From: Candidatus Altimarinota bacterium
GTDB taxonomy: Bacteria; Patescibacteriota; Gracilibacteria; JBDHUY01
Assembly: GCA_039809385.1 (NCBI GenBank)
Contig: JBDHUY010000002.1
Span: 64,001 to 128,000 of the forward strand
Length of the DNA stretch: 64,000 bases
Direction: 5' to 3'
Numbering within the stretch: position 1 is the first letter of the stretch; each line of letters begins with the position of its first letter. Below, piece by piece: positions 38,115 through 49,092 of this stretch. The notes under the pieces were generated by a model. That model saw only the letters and a program-made list of their open reading frames with translations. It had not been told where the DNA came from and did not search any database. The position numbers were made by a program, and so were the translations under genes.

Positions 38115-39248
38115 CTATATATTTTTTAAAAGTTCTTCGACTTTGTCGGTTGTTTCCCACGAGAACGACTGCTCTGGTCGACCGAAATGCCCGTATGCAG
38201 CGGTTTTCGTATAGATAGGGCGCAAAAGTTGCAGGTGTTCGATAATGCCGCGGGGGGTTAACGGAAAAATAGTCGGAATCAGGGCCGCTATGTTTTCGTC
38301 GGGGATTTTTCCGGTTCCGGCAGTGTTTGCATATACAGCCACCGGATCGGCAATTCCGATCGCATAAGCAAGATGAATTTCGCATCGCGCGGCCAAGCCG
38401 GCCGCCACAATATTTTTGGCAATATAGCGAGCCATATAAGCGGCGCTGCGGTCGACTTTGGTCGGGTCTTTTCCGGAGAAAGCTCCACCACCCGAGGCGA
38501 CATAACCACCGTAGCTATCGACGATGATCTTTCTTCCGGTCATTCCTGCGTCCCCTACCGGCCCGCCGATTACGAAACGTCCGGTCGGATTAATATGAAA
38601 AGTAGTCCCCGTATCAAGATATTGGCCGATAGTTGGCTTGACAATAGTGTCCAGGACATCCCGGCGAATCTGTTCCTGCTCGACATGATCGGCATGCTGT
38701 AAGGAGGCAACAACCGTATCGACTCTTTTGGGGCGGCCGTTTTCATACTGGACAGTAATTTGCGTTTTCCCGTCGGGGCGTAAATACGGTAACAATTGCT
38801 GTTTCCGTACGGTTGCGGCACGCAAAGCCAGTTTATGTGCCAGCATGATCGGAAGCGGCATCAGCTCCGGCGTTTCGTCGCAGGCAAAACCGACCATGAG
38901 ACCCTGGTCGCCGGCTCCGCCGGTATCTACTCCCAGAGCGATATCCGGGCTTTGTTTATTAATAGCATTGAGGATAGCGCAGGTACGGGACTCGAATCCG
39001 TAGTCCGGTTCGGTATACCCGATATTTTTGATTGTTTCGCGAGCAAGTTCGTTGATATCGACGTAAGCGTCGGTTGTTATCTCTCCGCCGATCAGGACAA
39101 GTCCGGTACCGACAAACGTCTCGCAGGCGACGCGGGCACCGGGATCTTTTTCGAGAATAGCGTCCAGAACGGCATCCGATATCTGATCGCAGATTTTATC
39201 AGGGTGTCCTTCCAGAACCGACTCGGAGGTGAAAAGGTGAGAAGACAT
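38115..39248 (-). CDS. metK: S-adenosylmethionine synthetase
   Basis: [59 protein letters not shown]. Start at MSSHLF. Confidence 0.98.
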   Translation of the reverse strand: MSSHLFTSESVLEGHPDKICDQISDAVLDAILEKDPGARVACETFVGTGLVLIGGEITTDAYVDINELARETIKNIGYTEPDYGFESRTCAILNAINKQSPDIALGVDTGGAGDQGLMVGFACDETPELMPLPIMLAHKLALRAATVRKQQLLPYLRPDGKTQITVQYENGRPKRVDTVVASLQHADHVEQEQIRRDVLDTIVKPTIGQYLDTGTTFHINPTGRFVIGGPVGDAGMTGRKIIVDSYGGYVASGGGAFSGKDPTKVDRSAAYMARYIAKNIVAAGLAARCEIHLAYAIGIADPVAVYANTAGTGKIPDENIAALIPTIFPLTPRGIIEHLQLLRPIYTKTAAYGHFGRPEQSFSWETTDKVEELLKNI

Positions 39249-39285
39249 GGAGGGAGAAGTAAAAAAAGTGTTTTTGCAGTTAACA

Positions 39286-41484
39286 TCATCCAGTTGAAGC
39301 TTGTTTCTTCTTAGGCGATCTCCTGAAATTGGTTCTATGTTCCAAAGCCCTGTCAAGATCAGTACTATAAATTCTGCGTCCAAGTTCATAGTACAGTTCA
39401 AGATTGTCTGCAGGGTTTCCATGAATGCCAAACAGAGTTCCCAGTTGCTTTAGGCCAAATTGTTTATTACCTATTATCGGAAATTTTAATTTTTTAATTT
39501 CAGTGGCAGGTATATTCACCCAGTGTTCAGGAGTGAGCATCGATTTAACTATATTTGCGAGATTTTGAGGCAGGAGAATCTCTTTGATGGTTGAATTTGC
39601 TTTGCCTATCTCTTCATATCCATATATTTTTTCGCCAAGTATGATATGAATTCCATGGTTACCGCATGGATCTCCTGAAATACCAAAGAGTATGGCAATT
39701 TTTGCAAGAGACTTTTCTCTTCTGTTCATCTTTATTCTGATCGCATACTTTTCTTTGGCGGTCAGAAGTATCCACGTTATCGGATCATACCAATCCTGAA
39801 TCTCTTTTTTCCATAGGTCGGCATAAGAATCTACAATTCCTGTAAACTCGGCTTCCCCAAATATTCTTTTTCCCAGTCTATGAAAGTCGTCTTCGTTATC
39901 ACGGGGATTCCCTGCAATATGCAACAAGCTGGCGATTTGCGCTAGTGTCTTAGATTCATTTTTAATAGAGATCTTAAATTCCCTTTTCTCTTCAGCGTTC
40001 ATCTCTAGCCAATCCAGAACAGAATAACTTTCTTTCACAGCTTCGATCCATACTTGAGCATCTTTGCGATTCTCTTTCGCTGCAAGCAGCTCTGCTACTA
40101 ATACGTTCCCATAGATTTTTTGACTAAGAGCTACAAAGATATTCCAGTCATCGCGCGCATTGCCGGATACTCCCAATAAGTCAGCTATGGCAAATATTGT
40201 TAAGGAGTCCTCCTCGCACTGAATAATGAGACTTTTTCTGCTATACGTTGATAATGCCAGCCAGTCCTCACAGGAAAACCTTTTTTTGACAGCTTCAATG
40301 CATTTCTGTTTAGTAGTTTCAAGTATTGTCTCGATTGTATTTTCTGAGAAAATATGCTTGGAGAGTAAGATGAAACAATCATAATCCTCAACCGGATCTC
40401 CGGGAATATCAAATATGGTAGCAAGCGCGTGCAATCCTTTCTGAGTATCTCCGTACACCACTTTAAGTTTTTTTCTTTCTTTGTTTCCCAGTTTTAGCCA
40501 CTTCTCTGGTTTATGTAACTGGCAGATACTATTTCTCCATTTTTCTTTTCTGCTGCGGAGTGCCTGTTCTACAGCTTCTTCGCCAAAGATCTTTTTGCCA
40601 ATTTGAATAATTACCTTGGCTGACAGCCTTGGATCAGATTTAATACCAAGCAGGTTTTCAATATTTTCTATCGTTATGCCCTCTATGTTCAGCTCGCGAG
40701 CTTTTTTAGGCATGAGCTCTATCCAGGTGTCAGGGGTATATCTTCCTACAAAAATACGTTTTAATTCATCTGTATTGGATATTGTGGGGGAAGATGGATC
40801 CTCAGGTAGGTTCTTCTTTTGTAATAATTCCATGACCTGACTTCTCCATTCTTCCGCATTATCATTCCACCGCACAGCATCTACGCTGGGATGCATTCTC
40901 AATTGATCTTTTGTCATCATTATATAGGTCTTGGGATCTGAGCCATCAATAATAAATGTGCGATTATGCTCTTCGTCACAAACAAAAATCATTTTATGCA
41001 AAACCGGAATGACAATGATCCGATAACTTGCTGACCTGACCATCTCGGGACGATTGGTGCCTTCAATCATCTGACATTCTGATAAACGGACGCCCAAATC
41101 GCCGCTTATAATGTCAAGAAGCATCTGCGTCCGGGGAATACCCCCGGGATATTCAAAACCACCACTACCGCGTTGTATTATTCTTCCCGTGTTCGGTGGT
41201 ACGATCACATCATTAATTTGTTGGTACGGAATTTGCTTAGAAAAACCTGGCGATTCCTTTTGAATGGCTGATTCTACTCGCATCTTTATATCTAATCTGA
41301 CTCCGCTACGAAATTTTTCTACATCAAATCCCAAAATAGAGCCTATCTCTTGTAAGCCTAGTCGTGAAGCTGGGATAATGTCTGATAAAATTTCTTCGAT
41401 TCTTTCAATATCCAAATCTGGATCACGCAGCATCTTTGCGACGTTTTTAAGTTTTTCTCTGTCATTATCGTAATATTCAATCAT
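39286..41484 (-). CDS. hypothetical protein with six ~80-aa repeats (HTH-like)
   Basis: Repeat W..L...E....I......L..IA.(L/I)(F/L)GI.G(D/N)P.......LG..I(F/Y)G occurs six times. Confidence 0.75.
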   Translation of the reverse strand: MIEYYDNDREKLKNVAKMLRDPDLDIERIEEILSDIIPASRLGLQEIGSILGFDVEKFRSGVRLDIKMRVESAIQKESPGFSKQIPYQQINDVIVPPNTGRIIQRGSGGFEYPGGIPRTQMLLDIISGDLGVRLSECQMIEGTNRPEMVRSASYRIIVIPVLHKMIFVCDEEHNRTFIIDGSDPKTYIMMTKDQLRMHPSVDAVRWNDNAEEWRSQVMELLQKKNLPEDPSSPTISNTDELKRIFVGRYTPDTWIELMPKKARELNIEGITIENIENLLGIKSDPRLSAKVIIQIGKKIFGEEAVEQALRSRKEKWRNSICQLHKPEKWLKLGNKERKKLKVVYGDTQKGLHALATIFDIPGDPVEDYDCFILLSKHIFSENTIETILETTKQKCIEAVKKRFSCEDWLALSTYSRKSLIIQCEEDSLTIFAIADLLGVSGNARDDWNIFVALSQKIYGNVLVAELLAAKENRKDAQVWIEAVKESYSVLDWLEMNAEEKREFKISIKNESKTLAQIASLLHIAGNPRDNEDDFHRLGKRIFGEAEFTGIVDSYADLWKKEIQDWYDPITWILLTAKEKYAIRIKMNRREKSLAKIAILFGISGDPCGNHGIHIILGEKIYGYEEIGKANSTIKEILLPQNLANIVKSMLTPEHWVNIPATEIKKLKFPIIGNKQFGLKQLGTLFGIHGNPADNLELYYELGRRIYSTDLDRALEHRTNFRRSPKKKQASTG

Positions 41485-41532
41485 ATTTACACAAAATTAC
41501 AAAGAACGTACCGGCACTGGCATATTATTATT

Positions 41533-43641
41533 CTATTTCGTTTTCATTTCAAATACTCCGTCCCAGTCTGCTCCAAGCGGGTTTTTATTGAAGTATTCAC
41601 AACGTTCGATATAGGTCTTGGAAGGTCCATCCTCCGGATAGCCCGTTAAAATTTCCTGAAAGACAGCTCTGGCCAGATCCCATTTCTGCTCATGGTAGAG
41701 GTTAAAACCTTTTTGGAACAAGTCCAGTTTTTTGCGTTCCTTATCGCTCAGTTTCCCTTTTTCACAAAGAAGTTCGAAAATAGCCACTGGCTCGCGCTTT
41801 CCCTTTACCCGAATGATGTCCAGTTTCCGGAATTCAAAACGGTCTTTCGTTTTTTCGTAGGTGTTCTCACTCGCCATAATATACGTATGATACTGTTTGT
41901 TTACTCCTTCCAGACGGGAGGCGAGATTTACGTGGTCACCGATAACCGTATAATTAAACCGGATATGTGAGCCAACATTCCCAACGATAACCTCTCCCGT
42001 ATTGAGACCGACCCGCATAAACAACTCTATATTCAGCTCTTCCCGAAAACGGGCCCGGATTTTCTCCATCTCTCGTTGCATGGTGAGGGCCGTAACGCAT
42101 GCATGGTAAGCATGGTCAAGATCTTCCAAAGGAGCTCCCCAGAAAGCCATAATGGCATCTCCCACATATTTATCCAGCGTTCCGCCCTGCTCAAAAACAA
42201 TATTCGTCATCTGAGTCAGATACTGGTTCAGCATAGACACCAGTTCTTCGGGAGGCATCTTTTCTGACAGCGAGGTAAAGCCTTGGATATCCGAGAAAAG
42301 AATGGTTATTTCTTTGCGACTTCCACCGAGTTTGAGAATCTCGGGATCCTTCATGATCTGATCGACCAGTGCCGAGGATACGTACCTGGAAAATGCCTGC
42401 TTGATATATCGTTTTCGACTCGATTCTACGACATACTTATAAATGATCGAAATAATATAGGTTAGCAAGTAGCTGAGCGGAATATAGAACATGCTCACCA
42501 GAATACCGTTCTCAAATGCCAAGATCGAGCTGACGATAAATAGAAAGGTTCCCAGAATAAGCACAATGCTGCTTACCCAGATCGGCGCAAAGATAAACAA
42601 TGCCGTAGAACACAGTATAACGATCGCAATCGACAATAGCTGTTTATTCGGGTTCTGGGGTTCCAGGAAACGACCGCTTAGAAGCGTTTGAATGGTATTG
42701 GCATGAATCTCAACCCCGGGCATCTCCACTCCGCGGGAAACAGGCGTGTATTCGACGTCGTGTAACCCCGTAGCTCCCATTTCTCCGATCAGAACGATTT
42801 TATTTTTTACCATCCCGGGATCGAAATTATTATTGTACACATCGACAAACGACAATCTGGAAAAACTGAACGGCGGACCGAAAAAATTTACATACATTGA
42901 GCCGTGATCGGCCAAAGGAACTTTGATCGGGGCGAAGGAACGACTTAAATCGAATGGCAGCCTGATACGGTTTTGGGTCACCATATAGCGGTTACCTTCC
43001 ATGGGAGCAGCGTCTTTGGATTCGTTTGGTTCGTCCAGAAATTTTTTTGCCAACGACACATCGAAAGATTCGAAAATTCTGCCGGTATGCTCTATAAAAA
43101 CGAACATGCGGCGCGCAATATTATCGGGGTCGATGGGCACATTGATAGGAGCTATTTTACTCCAATCGTTGCCGAAAAAGTTTTCGCGCGGGAGAATGAA
43201 ATTATTATGATCAAAGTCGTATTTACTCGCCAAAATAATATTGTCGCTGTTTTTAACAACCTCGGCCAATTGATCGTCGGCCGCGCGATTTTGAGAGTCG
43301 TCCAGAAACAATACGTCGACGCCGATGGCAATCGCTCCGGCATTTTGCAGATTTTTGAGAGTTTGGGCATGAAAATCTCGCGTCCATTCCTGCCAGCGGC
43401 CCAGGCCGCCTTCTTCTTTACCCTGCAAGCTCTTTTCATCAATAGCTACAATTAGGATGTCTTTCGAAGTTTGATTTTCACTTGTATAGAGATTATCGGT
43501 CAACCGGTAGTTCCACGAATAGAGAAAACCGCTCTGGATTATGCCATAAAAAAGGCCAAAGTTAATGATGGCAATAAGAAAAATAGCGATGAGCCGTCGC
43601 TCGAACAAACGTGCTATTTTTTTCTTTTTCAGAAATTTCAT
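41533..43641 (-). CDS. CHASE2-domain class III adenylate/guanylate cyclase
   Basis: ILIVAIDEKSL, MPGVEIHAN, three TM helices, ILFSDIQGFTSLSE, DKYVGDAIMAFWGAP, YTVIGDHVNLASRLEG, VKGK. Confidence 0.95.
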   Translation of the reverse strand: MKFLKKKKIARLFERRLIAIFLIAIINFGLFYGIIQSGFLYSWNYRLTDNLYTSENQTSKDILIVAIDEKSLQGKEEGGLGRWQEWTRDFHAQTLKNLQNAGAIAIGVDVLFLDDSQNRAADDQLAEVVKNSDNIILASKYDFDHNNFILPRENFFGNDWSKIAPINVPIDPDNIARRMFVFIEHTGRIFESFDVSLAKKFLDEPNESKDAAPMEGNRYMVTQNRIRLPFDLSRSFAPIKVPLADHGSMYVNFFGPPFSFSRLSFVDVYNNNFDPGMVKNKIVLIGEMGATGLHDVEYTPVSRGVEMPGVEIHANTIQTLLSGRFLEPQNPNKQLLSIAIVILCSTALFIFAPIWVSSIVLILGTFLFIVSSILAFENGILVSMFYIPLSYLLTYIISIIYKYVVESSRKRYIKQAFSRYVSSALVDQIMKDPEILKLGGSRKEITILFSDIQGFTSLSEKMPPEELVSMLNQYLTQMTNIVFEQGGTLDKYVGDAIMAFWGAPLEDLDHAYHACVTALTMQREMEKIRARFREELNIELFMRVGLNTGEVIVGNVGSHIRFNYTVIGDHVNLASRLEGVNKQYHTYIMASENTYEKTKDRFEFRKLDIIRVKGKREPVAIFELLCEKGKLSDKERKKLDLFQKGFNLYHEQKWDLARAVFQEILTGYPEDGPSKTYIERCEYFNKNPLGADWDGVFEMKTK

Positions 43642-43688
43642 GGATCCGTAAAGTTGAAAGCGAAAATAATTATGGAAGAATTAATACC

Positions 43689-43715
43689 AGAAAAGAGGGC
43701 ATAACCCTCTTTTCT
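43689..43715 (-). terminator. hairpin between FecR and cyclase genes
   Basis: AGAAAAGAGGG-cataa-CCCTCTTTTCT, an 11-bp perfect stem. Confidence 0.55.
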
Positions 43716-43732
43716 ATGACAAGCTCCAGTGG

Positions 43733-45655
43733 TCAGAATCCGGTCAAGCTGTTTACAATACTTCGAAGCGCTCCAATTTTTCCTTCGATACTGGAACGCT
43801 GGCCTTTCAGACCGGTTCCTACTGGACCGGTCAATTGTCCCGGATCAAGTCCCTCTATTTGGTTGATAACCGAATTCAACTCTTTTTCCAGATCGGCAAT
43901 GGCCGACTGAAGCACCGATTTGCACGAAGCGGCTTTGGCGCTGACCGAACTCTTCAAGGCTGCTTTATTGGCAACAGAGAGAGATGTTCCTTGCGACAAT
44001 ATTCCATTAAGTTGTGAAGCCAGCGAGGCGCTCTCACACGAAAGACCCGCAGCCTGTCCTTGGAGTTTATTCAACAGAGCCGCCTCGTCCACCGGAGGCT
44101 TGGTATTGGCGTTGGGAGGGGTTCTGCGGTTGACATTGGTATTCGGTCGCACGTTGGCGTTTCGGTTCGAAGTCGTATTGTTATTGTTGAGATTTTCGTT
44201 CGCATTGTCATTACTATTTTCATTCGTATTTGAATTGTCATTTGCGTTTCCGTTGATATTTCCATTCGTATTGTCATTTGCGTTCCCTATGGTGCACTGA
44301 AATTCCGTCGGTACGCTTACACCCAGTTGAGCCAATTTCTTTGAAATACGCTGCAAGATACGACATTCATAGGTTTTCAAGCCTTGAGTTGCCAATTTAG
44401 CGAGTAATTCGTTGTATTGCTGCAGAAGTTGCTCAAGTTGCTGAGCCGACTGGCCATTCTCGAGACCGTCGCTCATCAAAAAGAAGTTGCGTGTTCGTAG
44501 TACTGCTTCCAAAGCTTCCCGGTCGTCTCCGGAGGCATCCAAAGCCAGTGTCTCGAAAAGATCGGTCAGAGTTTTTTCTTCTCCGAAAAGAATTCTGGTA
44601 TATTTAAGCCACAAGAGGTTCAGGGCTTTTATTTTTGCTTCCATACTATCTACAAAACCGCTATCGGAAATGCCGTTTAGCACATCATTGAGTTTGACAA
44701 GTGTATTCTGGTACAGACTGACTTCGTTACTCCCCTTCCCGGTATCGCCTTCGGTATAAGCAATGATGCCGGCATACAGATGCTGTTTTGCCAGAAAAAA
44801 CAGGATTTGCGCTTTTTCCTGAGGATCTGTTGTACTGTCGGCAGCTTGCTGTGTCTTGAAACTTTGTAAAGAATCGTCGTTCTTGCCCAGATCGGATTTT
44901 ATCTGATCGAGCAATTCTTTTTTTAGCTCCCGATCATATGTGTCGTCCTGGGATTCGTTTTCGGTAACCCATTCACTCTCCAGATACTTTGGATCAATCT
45001 CTTCGACAATAGGCCCACTCTGCGAAGCGTTGACGTTGTCATTTTCATTTCCGTTACAATTCTCTTGAAGGGTTACTTGTTCACCATCTACCACATCCAC
45101 ATCTTGATTCGGCAAATTGACCGCATGTTCGAAGACGTGCATCGTGACGTTACACCCCTGTCGTTCAAAATCGAAGACCGTTCCGCGTATACCGGCTACG
45201 ACATTGCCCGACTGCATCGAATAAGAGGCCTTGTCATTCACAATATTCATAGCCTTATTCCAGACTTTTCCGTTAAATAGGTTATATTTGATATCGCTGT
45301 TGGTAGGATCGTTTTTGTCGATAGTGAGTTCGGTAATCTGAATCTCGCTTCCGGGAGCCAGACGGGTCACCGAGTCGTCAGGCCAGGTGATGATTGCCTC
45401 TCCGGCAGGATCAGTTTTCACAGAATCCCCCTGTGCCAGCGTGATTTTGCCCGAGACCGGTTTATAATCGGCGTCATTTGTTCCTTTGAGAGATACGGTA
45501 TCTTTTTTTACCTCCAGAGAAGTCTCTTGTACGAAAGCCGCAAAAGTGACATCCTTATTCACTTTTACCGAAGCATATAGATACCAGATAACTGCGGCGG
45601 CGATAATAATCACCCCCAGAACAATCCCGGCGGTAATTTGTAGTTTTTTACTCAT
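43733..45655 (-). CDS. FecR-domain membrane-anchored protein
   Basis: N-terminal TM, GDSVKT...ITWPDDSVTRLAPGSEI...VAGIRGTVF, and an N-rich linker. Confidence 0.85.
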   Translation of the reverse strand: MSKKLQITAGIVLGVIIIAAAVIWYLYASVKVNKDVTFAAFVQETSLEVKKDTVSLKGTNDADYKPVSGKITLAQGDSVKTDPAGEAIITWPDDSVTRLAPGSEIQITELTIDKNDPTNSDIKYNLFNGKVWNKAMNIVNDKASYSMQSGNVVAGIRGTVFDFERQGCNVTMHVFEHAVNLPNQDVDVVDGEQVTLQENCNGNENDNVNASQSGPIVEEIDPKYLESEWVTENESQDDTYDRELKKELLDQIKSDLGKNDDSLQSFKTQQAADSTTDPQEKAQILFFLAKQHLYAGIIAYTEGDTGKGSNEVSLYQNTLVKLNDVLNGISDSGFVDSMEAKIKALNLLWLKYTRILFGEEKTLTDLFETLALDASGDDREALEAVLRTRNFFLMSDGLENGQSAQQLEQLLQQYNELLAKLATQGLKTYECRILQRISKKLAQLGVSVPTEFQCTIGNANDNTNGNINGNANDNSNTNENSNDNANENLNNNNTTSNRNANVRPNTNVNRRTPPNANTKPPVDEAALLNKLQGQAAGLSCESASLASQLNGILSQGTSLSVANKAALKSSVSAKAASCKSVLQSAIADLEKELNSVINQIEGLDPGQLTGPVGTGLKGQRSSIEGKIGALRSIVNSLTGF

Positions 45656-45736
45656 AGATTGACAAAGGAAATAGAAATAGAAAATAGTACAATCAAGTGT
45701 ACTATTCTTTGAAAGAAAGTCAAAAAAAGGCGCCAA

Positions 45737-45982
45737 CTAGTCACCGTCATCTTCACGGTTTTTTCGACCTTTCCACTTTTGAATCCATGACTGGAGCATC
45801 TGCAGGGGGATCTTTACGAATTCTTCCACTCGTCCGGCCAGATTGTCGGCGCGCTGCGTTATTTTTTCGACATTGCGCATCACTTGAGAGATTTGCCACA
45901 AAAAGATCGCAAGCATAACGGCGATCAAAAAGATCGCGAAGGCCAGAATAAGATACAAAAGATCCAACGAGGTAAGTTGCAT
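45737..45982 (-). CDS. small membrane protein (DUF948-like)
   Basis: One TM helix followed by a coiled coil. Confidence 0.6.
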   Translation of the reverse strand: MQLTSLDLLYLILAFAIFLIAVMLAIFLWQISQVMRNVEKITQRADNLAGRVEEFVKIPLQMLQSWIQKWKGRKNREDDGD

Positions 45983-46128
45983 GATCGATTTTTTAAAAAA
46001 TGAAAAAATATCTGCTGTTACTATAAAGCCTTGTCCTTCCAAAGACAATATTTCGTATGGTATACCTCTGAATACTATGTTGCAAATCTTGTTTTTTTTG
46101 CTATTGTATCACTGTTTACTTTTCGTCT

Positions 46129-46797
46129 ATGCCGTATTATCCGCGCCGAAAAAACAACGGGAACGATCTGGCTAAAAAGATCGGGTATCTCCTCAAGAAT
46201 TTGCGTTTTTACCATAAACTTGAGGGGATAGGCATCCTGATAACGTTAATCGGACTTTTCCTGCCATGGATCAGTTACGACGCCGAAAAAAGTACCAACG
46301 GCTTTCAAAACGTTGGGTATCTTATCGGCTGGATTATTCTGATAGTTATCGGCGTTTTAGCTTTACTTCTGATTCTGCGTCTATTTGATCGTAAACCTCC
46401 GAAAATACCGATAAAAGAATATACGCTTATATTTATGTCGGGGGCACAGATCGTATTGCTCTCGTGCATAGCGTTTTCCATTTATAGTTCTTTTTTTCAC
46501 GTTACCGCCAGCTATGAAACCCGCTTCGGCATCGGGATAACCCTTTTTGGAGGCGTAGTGGTCGCTTTCGCTGGATATCTGGCCTGGAAAGAAGAACAGG
46601 AAGAAAATAGTAAAAAGACCTTCCTGCATCTGCCGGACGATGAAGAAACGGTACACGATCTGGAACGGTATCTACAAAAAACCAAGCAGGAACACAAGCT
46701 TTTATCGGTTGAAGATGAAGCCATACAATCGGGGAGAGAATCGCATACTCAAAGCGACAACCGCAAAGAACCGCCGAATCTGAGTATGTTCGGATAG
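46129..46797 (+). CDS. hypothetical membrane protein (4 TM)
   Basis: LFLPW motif, four hydrophobic helices and an acidic tail. Confidence 0.75.
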   Translation: MPYYPRRKNNGNDLAKKIGYLLKNLRFYHKLEGIGILITLIGLFLPWISYDAEKSTNGFQNVGYLIGWIILIVIGVLALLLILRLFDRKPPKIPIKEYTLIFMSGAQIVLLSCIAFSIYSSFFHVTASYETRFGIGITLFGGVVVAFAGYLAWKEEQEENSKKTFLHLPDDEETVHDLERYLQKTKQEHKLLSVEDEAIQSGRESHTQSDNRKEPPNLSMFG

Positions 46798-46938
46798 GAC
46801 GGTATTATAGAGCAACACCGTTGCTTTGGGGTTGTATTTATTGTATTTTTCCCAGGATACACAGAATAATATAGCTTTCTTTCATCCTAATCTCTGTCCC
46901 TCTGCGGGGTTTCTATTTTTATTACTCAACAGTACACT

Positions 46939-47469
46939 ATGCTCAGGCTCGTGGCAGACATACTTTTATTCGGCACCCTTATCGGTACGATTCTGCTTCT
47001 TCTGACAGCTTTGGCCGGACTTTTTTTGCGTGTTCCTTTCGTTCCGTCCGACCGTCGGGCAGTACGCGCTCTGGACAATCTCGATCTATCTGCCACTAAA
47101 AACATCGTCGATCTGGGTTCGGGCAGCGGAACGGTGTTGTTCGCATTGAGAAAAAAATACGAACACATTCCTCTTACCGGGTACGAACTAGCGATCCTTC
47201 CCTACTTGTATGCCTGCGTGAAAAATTCTCTACGGAAAAGCCGGATCGATTTTAAATTAAAAAATTTCTTTTGGGACGATCTGACCGGCTATGACACGGT
47301 CTTTTGCTATCTCATGCCGGAAACCTTGGAAAAAGTGATCAAGAAACTGCAATCTTATGACAAGCGTTTTACACTCATCAGTAACGCGTTTTGTAGCAAT
47401 ATTGTCAAACCGGAACAGGAAATCCCGATCCAGGGATCGAAAACAAAGATCTTTGTGTACAAATTGTAA
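46939..47469 (+). CDS. class I SAM-dependent methyltransferase, membrane-anchored
   Basis: VPFVPS, VDLGSGSG, GYE, VFCYL, ISNAF. Confidence 0.85.
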   Translation: MLRLVADILLFGTLIGTILLLLTALAGLFLRVPFVPSDRRAVRALDNLDLSATKNIVDLGSGSGTVLFALRKKYEHIPLTGYELAILPYLYACVKNSLRKSRIDFKLKNFFWDDLTGYDTVFCYLMPETLEKVIKKLQSYDKRFTLISNAFCSNIVKPEQEIPIQGSKTKIFVYKL

Positions 47470-47477
47470 AAATATGT

Positions 47478-47515
47478 TTCCTGTAGAGACGCAATGCGTT
47501 GCGTCTCTACAGGAA
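47478..47515. repeat. REP-like perfect palindrome (GTAG-type)
   Basis: TTCCTGTAGAGACGCAA-tgcg-TTGCGTCTCTACAGGAA, 17-bp arms between convergent genes. Confidence 0.75.
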
Positions 47516-47520
47516 TAAAT

Positions 47521-47928
47521 CTATGCCTCCTTCTTGGCATCAAATTTCAAAGAACAGGAATTGATACAATAGCGAAGTCCGGTTTTGTCTTCCGGGCCGT
47601 CGTTAAAAACATGTCCAAGATGTGCGCCGCAGCTCTGACACATGACTTCGGTACGTTTCATGCCAAGAGAACTATCGTCCGCTTCTTCGATGTTTTTAGA
47701 ATCGGCTGGAGCATAGAAACTGGGCCAGCCCGTCCCGGAATCAAATTTTGTATCTGAAGTGAATAGTTCGGCATTGCAAACGGCGCAGCGATACATTCCC
47801 TTATCATGGTTATCCCAATAGGCTCCGGTAAAGGGATGTTCGGTCCCTTTTTCCTGGGTAACATGGTACTGCTCGTCGGTAAGCATCTTCTTCAGCTCCT
47901 CAGGACTTTTCTGAAAGGTTCTGGCCAT
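47521..47928 (-). CDS. msrB: peptide-methionine (R)-S-oxide reductase
   Basis: [35 protein letters not shown]. Confidence 0.98.
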   Translation of the reverse strand: MARTFQKSPEELKKMLTDEQYHVTQEKGTEHPFTGAYWDNHDKGMYRCAVCNAELFTSDTKFDSGTGWPSFYAPADSKNIEEADDSSLGMKRTEVMCQSCGAHLGHVFNDGPEDKTGLRYCINSCSLKFDAKKEA

Positions 47929-48238
47929 AAAAATAGAATAAGAATATAAATCTGAAATAAGTATAAAAGATATGGGCTACTTTTCCAGTGATATGCGTCA
48001 CATGCCAAGCCCCCTTCGCTTTTCATATACTCCCTATATGCTGCCGGAAAGATTTATTTCTTATCTATGAGTAAGCTTTTCAGAGCCTTGAGACACCTAT
48101 ACTATTCTCGTTACTATGTAGTAGGAGTTTTATTCCTAAATTTTTTCTTAACTTCGATAAAAATTGTTCTATTTTCTTGCTGCACTAAAACAGGGTCACT
48201 ATACTTTGATCAGATAATTTCGAATAAATGGAACTGAT

Positions 48239-48856
48239 ATGAAAACAGCTGCTACATTACAGAGTATATCAGATCTTCTGGAACATACCATTGTTCCTCA
48301 TCTACAGCGTATCGATGCAAAGTTAATGGAGCACGACCGACGGTTTGATGCAATCGAAAAAAGGTTAGATCAGCATGATAAGCGTTTTGAGAGAATTGAA
48401 AAAAGATTGGATGAACATGACCGGCGCTTTGATCAACTTGAGAAAAGGTTGGATGAACATGACCGGCACTTTGATCAACTTGAAAAAAAATTAGACGGGC
48501 ACGGTAAACAGTTTGTCCTTTTGAATAAACAATTAAAGGAAGTAAGAGAGAATCAGGACACTCTGGAGTTTTTACTACGTGATACTCATGCCCGGATGAT
48601 CCGTGTCGAACAAGATGTGTCCGGATTGAAAGACGAACTTTTTTCTTTGAAAGACTGGGTGACGGGTCGCATAACCATCCTGGAAGACGAACTGAAACTG
48701 GTAGTAGCTCGATTGGCCGATCTGCATGACAAGCTGGAAGGCTTTACTGTACAGGATTATCGCGAAACGAGACACCGCGTCTATGGGTTATCGTTGCGGT
48801 TAGATGTACTTCAAAATGAGGTAAAAGCGCTGAAAGCTAAAAAAGCCGAGGACTAG
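48239..48856 (+). CDS. coiled-coil protein with 14-aa tandem repeats
   Basis: Repeats of EHDRRFDQLEKRLD type. Confidence 0.8.
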   Translation: MKTAATLQSISDLLEHTIVPHLQRIDAKLMEHDRRFDAIEKRLDQHDKRFERIEKRLDEHDRRFDQLEKRLDEHDRHFDQLEKKLDGHGKQFVLLNKQLKEVRENQDTLEFLLRDTHARMIRVEQDVSGLKDELFSLKDWVTGRITILEDELKLVVARLADLHDKLEGFTVQDYRETRHRVYGLSLRLDVLQNEVKALKAKKAED

Positions 48857-49074
48857 AAGTCTTGCATATGTCGAACAGTTTTTTGAATGCGCACATCGGC
48901 TTCCAGGATCTTTTTTTGTTTGCGCTGATCTTCTTCCTGCAGAAGCGTATAGAGCGTTTCGAGCTGATCCGAGGATAATGAAGATAGACGCTCTAGTAAA
49001 GTCTGCTTGGCTTCAGGGTTCAAAGAAGATTGGTACAGTAGTTTGGCAAATCGAATAGAAATATCGGTTTTCAT
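48853..49074 (-). CDS. small helical hypothetical protein
   Basis: Directly downstream of the 1191-aa gene and similar to the 52931..53248 product. Confidence 0.65.
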   Translation of the reverse strand: MKTDISIRFAKLLYQSSLNPEAKQTLLERLSSLSSDQLETLYTLLQEEDQRKQKKILEADVRIQKTVRHMQDF

Positions 49075-49092
49075 GGAAAGCAACGTAAAAAG

